Assembly (NCBI GenBank): GCA_050177605.1
Contig: JBFXGX010000037.1
Span: forward strand, 1-14,184
DNA: 14,184 nt
Direction: 5' to 3'
DNA from: Candidatus Izemoplasmatales bacterium
GTDB taxonomy: Bacteria; Bacillota_I; Bacilli_A; Izemoplasmatales; Hujiaoplasmataceae
This document shows, in pieces, positions 7,184 through 14,184 of this stretch; the stretch's first letter is position 1; each line of letters begins with the position of its first letter. The notes under the pieces were generated by a model. That model saw only the letters and a program-made list of their open reading frames with translations, was not told where the DNA came from and did not search any database. The position numbers and the translations under genes are program-made.

Positions 7184-10100
7184 ATGAAGAAAATCAAATT
7201 ACTCGTATTTACTCTTATTGCTCTTTTTATGCTTAGCAATATCAAAGTAAATGCAGAAACAAATCCTCAAGATAGTTTAGTAAATATTACTGTTAAAACT
7301 TATTTTGATTCAACAAATATCATTACCAATCCTCTTGATCCTATTGCCTATGGCTCTCGGGTTTCTTTCGCAAGTGAATTATCTAGTTTAGAAGGATATT
7401 CATTTGTTTTTTGGATGGTTAATGATATTATTTATCCTGATTTTCAGTTAACTGATAATTTTACAGCGAATGGAAATTCTACAATCACGGCTGTCTTTAA
7501 ACCAAATGATAAAGTCGCTGCGATTTTTCTAGATAGTAATGGGAAATTACTTGAGGTTCAATATGTTACTCCTGGAGATAGTGCTATTGAAATTAGTGAA
7601 TTAAAGTTGCCTTCTAAACCAGGTTATATGATATCTTCAACAAAGTGGAATCATAGTTTATCAAATTTAACAGTAGATACAATCTTTATCTTACAATATG
7701 AGAAAGTAGATAACTCGTCCTACACTGTTTCTGTAACAAATGGAACTGGTGGAGGAAGTTATGAGTTTAATACACAAGCAACTGTCGTTGCTAGTGATGC
7801 AGCTGCAGGAGAATATTTTAATTACTGGAAGAGCGGAGATCGAATTGTTTCTTTATCTCCTAGTTATACTTTTACTGTTTTACAAGACATAGCAGTAGAA
7901 GCAGTATATTCGACTTCAAGTTATCAAGATCAACCATTTGTTTCACTTAGTCCTAAACTAGGTATTCGAGTAGGATATTTATCTTATCTTGGTCAGTTTT
8001 ATCTACCTGAAGGATATACATTAATAGAACACGGAATGGTTGTTTCAACCTCTTCAGGAATTATCAATTTAGGTTCAAGCAGTATTACAAAATATCAAAG
8101 CAATACATTTGTTGCTACAACAAATGAATACTTAATGAGTTTTTCAAATACTAGTATTCAAAGTGTGAGAGCTTATATCATTGTAGAAGATGTAAATGGA
8201 AATTATATGACCATCTACAATGAAGTATTAACTTCTGCATCAACTCCATCTATTGCAGATGATTTGTTCTTCTCATTCTATATGGAAGGATCTAGCTATA
8301 ACAAAGTAGTATCAATTTATAATGGTACTGGAAGTAGTGTTAATTTATCAGAATATTCTGTTCAGTTGTACTCTAATGGAGCAGCCAGTGCATCGCAATC
8401 AATGACATTAAATGGAACATTAGCTAATGGTGATGTTTACGTTATTTCACATTCGTCGGCTATACCAGAAATTCTTGCAATAGCTGATGCGACATCATCT
8501 GCAGTTATTAATTTTAGTGGAGATGATGCGGTAACACTAACACATAATAGTACTATTATTGATACAATTGGACAAGTCGGTGTTGATCCTGGTTCTGCAT
8601 GGGGAACTGGCGATATTACAACTCTGGATCATTCTCTTGTTAGACTTTCGTCTACTACTTCGGGAGACACAGTATACAATGATGCCTATAGTCCAGCAGA
8701 TTATTGGGTAGGCTATGCAAAAGATACTTACTTAGGCTATATTGATACCTTCACAATGGATGGTTCAGGTTCTTCAAAATCAGTTACTGGTTTTGATGCC
8801 TTTATCAATACAATGACTTATAATGCATTATCTACATTAAGTCTTTCAAACTCTTATCTAAAAGTTTATTATGATGATGGTTCATCTTCCATAGAAACCA
8901 TCACTTCAGATATGGTTTCAAACTTTTCAACTTCCGTATCAGGTGACTACACCTTAACAGTTACTTATGGAAGTTTCACTGATACGCTCGATTATCATGT
9001 ACAAAAGATTAATCCAAGTTATACAATACCTACATTTAGTGATACAGAATTAACAAGTGGATTAAGTTTAAATAACATAACGCTTCCTAGTAATTTTTCA
9101 TGGGAAAACCCAAGTGCTTCCTTATCACTTGGAACGCATACCTTTACTGTGACTTATACGCCATCCAATACAGATGCTTATAACACGATTACAGGTATTG
9201 AAGTTTCAATCAACTTTGTTGAAGTTGTGACGCCAATTATCATTTATGAAGTCTATGGTGGTGGTGGAAATGTTAGTGCAACCTATAATCAAGACTATGT
9301 TATTTTATATAACAATACATCATCGAGTATTGATTTAAGTACTTATTCGCTTCAATATGCTTCGACTAGTACTTATACTGTCTTTAATTTATCCGGGACA
9401 ATTATGTCTCATAACTACTTTGTTATTGGATTATTAAAAGGAAGTGTTGGGGAAGACCTAGATGTCGCTCCAAATGTTAGTTTTGGAACGAGTATTGTTG
9501 TCACAGCAGGAAGAATTGCTTTAGTCGATGATCAAAATCAAATTACCGATAAAACAGACGCAAACGTTGTTGATTTTGTTGGATATGGAAGTGCCAGTGA
9601 ATACGAAACTAGTCCAACAGCGACGACATCCGCTTCACTTAGTGCGAAACGTATTTCTTTCTCCGATACCAATGATAATAGTGCTGATTTTACTGTTGGA
9701 ACGCCTAATTTAAGTTATGTTGCTTCAAGTCTTACAGTGACCGGATTCTCAGTCCATAATTTAAAAGCATATTATGAAGTTAGTGAAGCACTTAGTGTTA
9801 CGAATGCTTACTTAATTGTGTCATATAGTAATGGTTCTACATCGCAAGTCGATGTAACAAGTGATATGATTTCTTCCTTTAGTTCATCTACGTTAGGTGA
9901 TTATTCAATGAATGTAACTTATTCTGGAATTACAGAAAGTTACGCCTACCATGTTATTGATTATTCTTCTTTAGGAGAAGTCGAGATTTATTATATCGAT
10001 ATCGGAATTGATGGTGGACCTGCAGGAGAAGCAGCGTTAATCAAAATTGGAGGAATTGATATTTTAATCGATTCTGGTGATGATGATTCGTCAGCCCATA

Positions 10101-11614
10101 CGTCACTTCTTAATTTCTTAAGTACACATGTTACGGATGGTGTTATCGAATATATTATCGCAACCCATCCGCATGCAGATCACATTGGTGGATTCGTGGA
10201 TGTTATGGATAATTATGTTGTCCAAAACGTGATTGAATACTCAACTTCTACCGATTATGTGAGTGCTTTGCGTGCTGAATACGAGGATCGTATTGTGACG
10301 GAAGGTAGTACAGTCTATGATGTTTACACGATGGTCACAAATTCAGAAAATATTATTAACATCATTTCAGGCGTTTCTTTAACTTTCTATAACACTGGAT
10401 ATTTAACAAGTGCAGACCCTAATAATTCAAGTATTGTTTTTGTACTCAATGCATTTGACACCTTAGCTTTATTTAATGGAGACGCAGAAGGCGATCAAGA
10501 AGCGGTTTACGCTCCTTTAGTTGGCGATTTAGATATCTTAAAACTAGGACATCATGGTAGTGCTGCAGGAACAACATCCTTTTTATTAACTGAAACAACA
10601 CCAAATGCGATTGTGGTAAACGATGGTAATTATTTAGGAAATAGTTATGGTCATCCAACCTATACTGCTTTATCACATATTTATAATTATTCTGATAATG
10701 TTCCAGTGTATAGTGTTACAGGTGGCAATGGTGCTTCCTCTGATATTATGCTCGATAGAAACGGTACGCTAACAGTAACGATTTCAAGTGGTGGCTATGT
10801 AGTCACTTCAGAGTATTATGGATACAATCCGATGGAGTTATCTAATACAGCATATTGGAGTACGATAAATACAAGCAATATTGATGGGTATTATTACGCT
10901 GCCGCAACAGGAGAAACAACAGCTTCTGTTTTAAAAGCTTACCTGCATAATATCATTAAAGGTCATCATTCTGTTGGCTATAGTCAAGTAGATGAAAATT
11001 TAGGAATCACAGATGAAGATCCAAATAATGCGAATAATGTGATTTTGTTCTATACTGGAAGAAGTCAAGCTAAATCAACTTTTGGAAGTTTAGTTGATCA
11101 ATGGAATAGAGAACATATTTGGGCTAACTCTCATGGAATTGACGATCAAGAACCAGCCTATTCAGATTTGCATCATTTACGTCCTACCGATGTATCGGTA
11201 AATAGTATTAGAGGAAATCTAGATTTTAGTACCGTCGAGCACATTAGCGCAAATCTTGTTTCGGATACTTACGGGGATTCAATTATAACTAGAAACTATG
11301 AAGATGGTGTTTACTTTGAACCTCGAGATGAAATTAAAGGTGATGTTGCTAGAATGTTACTCTATATGACTGTACGATATGAAGGGGATGTTTCTGGAGA
11401 ACCTGATTTAGAGTTAGTCAATGGCGTTACCACAACTACTTCAAATAATCTTGGAGATTTAGCTACCCTTTTACAGTGGTGTATTGATGATCCTGTGGAT
11501 GATACTGAAAGACTTAGAAATGAAGCAATTTTCGGTATTCAAAATAACCGAAATCCATTCATTGATCACCCTGAATTAATTTATATCTTATATAGTAGTG
11601 AATTAGGAGTATAA
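7184..11614 (+). CDS. Large secreted multidomain nuclease: N-module, 2x LTD, Ig-like (Big_3-type) domains, ComEC-like MBL-fold hydrolase, C-terminal Endonuclease I domain
   Basis: Start placed at ATG 7184 (RBS GGAGGT; signal peptide MKKIKLLVFTLIALFMLSNIKVNA). MBL motifs ILIDSG, THPHADHIGG, GDAE, GHHGS, YGHP. Endonuclease I motifs WNREHIW, DLHHLRP, FEPRDEIKGDVARMLLYM, QNNRNPFIDHP. Confidence 0.9.
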   Translation: MKKIKLLVFTLIALFMLSNIKVNAETNPQDSLVNITVKTYFDSTNIITNPLDPIAYGSRVSFASELSSLEGYSFVFWMVNDIIYPDFQLTDNFTANGNSTITAVFKPNDKVAAIFLDSNGKLLEVQYVTPGDSAIEISELKLPSKPGYMISSTKWNHSLSNLTVDTIFILQYEKVDNSSYTVSVTNGTGGGSYEFNTQATVVASDAAAGEYFNYWKSGDRIVSLSPSYTFTVLQDIAVEAVYSTSSYQDQPFVSLSPKLGIRVGYLSYLGQFYLPEGYTLIEHGMVVSTSSGIINLGSSSITKYQSNTFVATTNEYLMSFSNTSIQSVRAYIIVEDVNGNYMTIYNEVLTSASTPSIADDLFFSFYMEGSSYNKVVSIYNGTGSSVNLSEYSVQLYSNGAASASQSMTLNGTLANGDVYVISHSSAIPEILAIADATSSAVINFSGDDAVTLTHNSTIIDTIGQVGVDPGSAWGTGDITTLDHSLVRLSSTTSGDTVYNDAYSPADYWVGYAKDTYLGYIDTFTMDGSGSSKSVTGFDAFINTMTYNALSTLSLSNSYLKVYYDDGSSSIETITSDMVSNFSTSVSGDYTLTVTYGSFTDTLDYHVQKINPSYTIPTFSDTELTSGLSLNNITLPSNFSWENPSASLSLGTHTFTVTYTPSNTDAYNTITGIEVSINFVEVVTPIIIYEVYGGGGNVSATYNQDYVILYNNTSSSIDLSTYSLQYASTSTYTVFNLSGTIMSHNYFVIGLLKGSVGEDLDVAPNVSFGTSIVVTAGRIALVDDQNQITDKTDANVVDFVGYGSASEYETSPTATTSASLSAKRISFSDTNDNSADFTVGTPNLSYVASSLTVTGFSVHNLKAYYEVSEALSVTNAYLIVSYSNGSTSQVDVTSDMISSFSSSTLGDYSMNVTYSGITESYAYHVIDYSSLGEVEIYYIDIGIDGGPAGEAALIKIGGIDILIDSGDDDSSAHTSLLNFLSTHVTDGVIEYIIATHPHADHIGGFVDVMDNYVVQNVIEYSTSTDYVSALRAEYEDRIVTEGSTVYDVYTMVTNSENIINIISGVSLTFYNTGYLTSADPNNSSIVFVLNAFDTLALFNGDAEGDQEAVYAPLVGDLDILKLGHHGSAAGTTSFLLTETTPNAIVVNDGNYLGNSYGHPTYTALSHIYNYSDNVPVYSVTGGNGASSDIMLDRNGTLTVTISSGGYVVTSEYYGYNPMELSNTAYWSTINTSNIDGYYYAAATGETTASVLKAYLHNIIKGHHSVGYSQVDENLGITDEDPNNANNVILFYTGRSQAKSTFGSLVDQWNREHIWANSHGIDDQEPAYSDLHHLRPTDVSVNSIRGNLDFSTVEHISANLVSDTYGDSIITRNYEDGVYFEPRDEIKGDVARMLLYMTVRYEGDVSGEPDLELVNGVTTTTSNNLGDLATLLQWCIDDPVDDTERLRNEAIFGIQNNRNPFIDHPELIYILYSSELGV

Positions 11615-11615
11615 A

Positions 11616-12509
11616 ATGAGAAAAATTTCGATTTTATTACTTGTCCTCTTCATAGGCACGGTAATGATTGGTTGTAATGAAATAACATCCTCTACAATCT
11701 CTACAACGACCACCACAACGATAACTTCGACTTCAACCACAACGACAGAACCGAATGAAATTTCTTTTACTGGATTTCAGTATGTAGAAGGCATTATTTC
11801 TTGGGACATTATCCCTGATGTGAAATATGATGTCTATGTAAACAATTCGCTTGTTTTAGAAAACGCAACTTCTTATGATACAACATTGCTTGCTAGTGAA
11901 ATGATTTACAAAATACAAGTTCATGCCTCCCTCGGAGAGCTCGTTTCAGATTCTGGGATTATGTTGATTAACCGTATGCAAACTGCACCTGAAGCGGAAC
12001 TGTTAACCCTAGACTTATCAGTTAATCGTGATGAGGCCGTTTATGCAAGTGAAGTAGAGGCTTCTTTAGTTCTAAACGCTGACTTTGTGGAGGTTCCTTA
12101 TACCTATAGTGAAGGAGAGTATCTACTTTCTGCGAGTTATCTAGCAAGTCTTGGATATGGCGACCATGTTTTCTATTTTGTTTTTGAAGACAGTGTTCAT
12201 GCTTTGTTACTAACGATTATAGACACGAGAACACCTAGTTTGATTGGAACCAATCAAATTGCAGTGGATGCTGGAAGTGATGTTGTCGTAGAGTTTAGTT
12301 TATATAATGGATCGTTTGTCTCTTTAAGTGGCAACGATATCACAACGGAGGACTATAGTATCGTTTCAGGTATTCTTACGATCGATGGAAGTTATATCCA
12401 AAATAAGTTTGTGAATGAACCTGGAAGAACAACACTCATTCTCAGTTATACTTTACAAGCAGCGGATAGTATCATCATTGGATATTTATTCATTACTCTA
12501 AATGATTAA
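11616..12509 (+). CDS. Lipoprotein with Thr-rich linker and possible X2-like Ig/carbohydrate-binding modules
   Basis: Lipobox MIGC, linker TSSTISTTTTTTITSTSTTTT, X2-like segments (YLLSASYLASLGYGDH; DYSIVSGILTIDGSYI). RBS AGGAG lies inside the end of the nuclease gene; 1-bp gap. Confidence 0.75.
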   Translation: MRKISILLLVLFIGTVMIGCNEITSSTISTTTTTTITSTSTTTTEPNEISFTGFQYVEGIISWDIIPDVKYDVYVNNSLVLENATSYDTTLLASEMIYKIQVHASLGELVSDSGIMLINRMQTAPEAELLTLDLSVNRDEAVYASEVEASLVLNADFVEVPYTYSEGEYLLSASYLASLGYGDHVFYFVFEDSVHALLLTIIDTRTPSLIGTNQIAVDAGSDVVVEFSLYNGSFVSLSGNDITTEDYSIVSGILTIDGSYIQNKFVNEPGRTTLILSYTLQAADSIIIGYLFITLND

Positions 12510-12514
12510 AAATG

Positions 12515-12544
12515 AAACCTTCAAATTTGAAGGTTTTTCTTTTT
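12515..12544 (+). terminator. Probable Rho-independent terminator
   Basis: Perfect 22-bp palindrome AAACCTTCAAATTTGAAGGTTT (12515-12536) followed by a T-rich run. Confidence 0.8.
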
Positions 12545-12574
12545 CAATTGTGTTTGAATTGTGATTTTTTAATG

Positions 12575-12628
12575 TTCACTGTTTTTTAACACAACCTTAA
12601 CAATATCTTCACAAAGGAAGAATATAAT
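12575..12628 (+). promoter_or_regulatory. Four phased direct repeats (PhoP/OmpR-family box-like) plus TATAAT -10
   Basis: TTCACT 12575, TTAACA 12586, TTAACA 12597, TTCACA 12608 (exact 11-bp period). TATAAT at 12623-12628 with no consensus -35. Confidence 0.7.
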
Positions 12629-12658
12629 AAGGGTATCTTAGACAAAAGAGGTAGTTTC

Positions 12659-14184
12659 ATGAAGAAAACATTCATACTTTTTTCTCTCCTATTTTTAAGT
12701 ATCATGCTTTCTGGTTGTAGTCTACTACCAACGACGACTGTGACCTCTGATTTGGGAAGTTACACCCAAACATCAACGTCTTTATCTATTTCAGTGAAGG
12801 ATGAAGATATCTACACCTCCGATTATACAGTAGATGATACGATTACGTTTTCGTCTAGTGCTGTCGAAAGCCTAAGTAATCTCGTCACCATCACCGGAAG
12901 TATGGTACTGATTGGTAACGAAGGAACGGTTAATTATTTAACTGATTCTTCTTCAACTTATACAGCTTCAGTAATTGATTCAAATGATGATGTGACAATA
13001 AACGGTGAAGGAACACTCATCATCCAAAGTAATTCTCACAATGGTATCGGCGTGGATGACGATTTTGTCATCACTTCAGGGAATATAGAAATTGATGCAT
13101 ATAATAATGGAATCACAGTGAATAATGACTTTACAATGACTGGTGGAACACTCTCTATCGTTTCAGGCAATGATGGGATCCAAGTTGAAAATCTTGATGA
13201 CGATTTACTAGGAAATATCTTAATTTCAGATGGAACCTTCACAATTAGTGCTTATGGCGATGGAATGGACGCGTCTAATGTTGTCGCAATTTATGGTGGA
13301 ACCTTCACCATTTCCTCAGGGGTAGGGAACTCAAACATTACCCTTGTGAGTGGAAAAGGAATTAAAGCAACAAAGGGAATTAACATCCTCGGTGGTACAT
13401 TTACGATTAGTTCAGCTGATGATAGTTTACACGCAAATAGCGATTTCTATATTCAAGATGGAAGCTTAACGTTATCTTCTAATGATGATGGCATCCACGC
13501 TGATGATACTTTAATCATAAGTGGTGGCACCATTGACATTACAAAAAGTTATGAAGGAATCGAATCAGCCTATGTTACGATAACTGGCGGAACGATTAAA
13601 ATCAAAAGTAGTGATGATGGTATCAACTGTGCCGGTGGCGCAGATTCGAGTAGTAATTGGACGAATTTTGACCAAGTTGAAAATGCGATGTTAACAATTA
13701 GTGGTGGATATATTTATGTCAATGCTTCTGGAGATGGTCTTGACTCCAATGGCAATATGCAAATCAGTGGCGGAACGATCCTCGTTAGTGGCCCAACAGA
13801 TTCTAGCAATGGTGCGATTGATTACAATGGAACATTTAGTATCAGTGGCGGAACCTTGATTGCGGTGGGTGCTTCAGGAATGGCAGAAAACGCAAGTAGT
13901 GCTACTAATCAAGCATCCATTATGATTAACCTATCCACAACGTCCACTTCACTCATTCATTTAGAAGATGAAAGTGGGAATATGGTTATTGACTTCTTAC
14001 CCGCGAAAAGTTATTCCTCCATCGTCATCTCCTCTCCTAGTTTAAGTGTAGGAAACACCTATAAATTATATCTAGGTGGAAGTAGTAGTAATTTAAACAG
14101 TGAAGGATATGCTAATTCAGGGAATTATACTTATGGAACACTGAACCAAAGCTTTACGATTTCATCCAATATAACAAATATTGG
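12659..14184 (+). CDS. Cthe_2159/DUF4353-type beta-helix carbohydrate-binding lipoprotein, 3'-truncated
   Basis: Not in the ORF track because there is no stop in the window. RBS GAGGT, start MKKTFILFSLLFLSIMLSGC (lipobox). Beta-helix repeats DDSLHAN, DDGIHAD, SYEGIES, SDDGIN, GDGLDSNG, NGAIDYNG, GGTLIAVGASGMA. Confidence 0.9.
   Translation, partial: MKKTFILFSLLFLSIMLSGCSLLPTTTVTSDLGSYTQTSTSLSISVKDEDIYTSDYTVDDTITFSSSAVESLSNLVTITGSMVLIGNEGTVNYLTDSSSTYTASVIDSNDDVTINGEGTLIIQSNSHNGIGVDDDFVITSGNIEIDAYNNGITVNNDFTMTGGTLSIVSGNDGIQVENLDDDLLGNILISDGTFTISAYGDGMDASNVVAIYGGTFTISSGVGNSNITLVSGKGIKATKGINILGGTFTISSADDSLHANSDFYIQDGSLTLSSNDDGIHADDTLIISGGTIDITKSYEGIESAYVTITGGTIKIKSSDDGINCAGGADSSSNWTNFDQVENAMLTISGGYIYVNASGDGLDSNGNMQISGGTILVSGPTDSSNGAIDYNGTFSISGGTLIAVGASGMAENASSATNQASIMINLSTTSTSLIHLEDESGNMVIDFLPAKSYSSIVISSPSLSVGNTYKLYLGGSSSNLNSEGYANSGNYTYGTLNQSFTISSNITNI

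Noticed and set aside
9980..10800. Competence channel ComEC
   Set aside because: Only the MBL-fold domain is present; there is no multi-TM competence domain.
11684..11747. ACN-rich stretch as a tandem DNA repeat or contingency locus
   Set aside because: Codons are degenerate and encode an ordinary Thr/Ser linker.
2264..13242. Short overlapping ORFs (2264-2482-, 3489-3713-, 6362-6565-, 6725-6919-, 6919-7155+, 7048-7245-, 9528-9713+, 10473-10676-, 13036-13242-)
   Set aside because: They are antisense or out-of-frame shadows of well-supported genes, with no recognisable motifs.

Overview
Low-GC Bacillota/Mollicutes-like window (standard code; TGA acts as a stop at 2444-2446) with all real genes on the + strand. 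A 5'-truncated HD-domain phosphohydrolase is followed by five overlapping genes that look like RiPP maturation machinery: radical SAM/SPASM enzyme, HPr-kinase-like P-loop kinase, stand-alone PqqD/RRE, Ser-His S24/S26 peptidase and NTP_transf_5-type nucleotidyltransferase. The 'intergenic' gap 4320-4790 holds a promoter-hairpin-terminator unit (possible sRNA or leader) and a 45-aa ORF missing from the ORF track (4644-4781, MTKQELNKKETYETPTIEVVEFSLEESIALSGDFGSSVVCSEELF). That ORF has a YxxPxI leader motif and is the likely precursor peptide. Its stop codon runs into the RBS of a secreted lamin-tail/Ig protein, which is followed by a paralogous ~1476-aa secreted protein with a ComEC-like metallo-beta-lactamase domain and an Endonuclease I domain. 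Next come a lipoprotein and a 3'-truncated Cthe_2159/DUF4353-type lipoprotein (also absent from the ORF track) preceded by four 11-bp-phased PhoP-box-like repeats. All family calls rest on motif recognition, not database searches.
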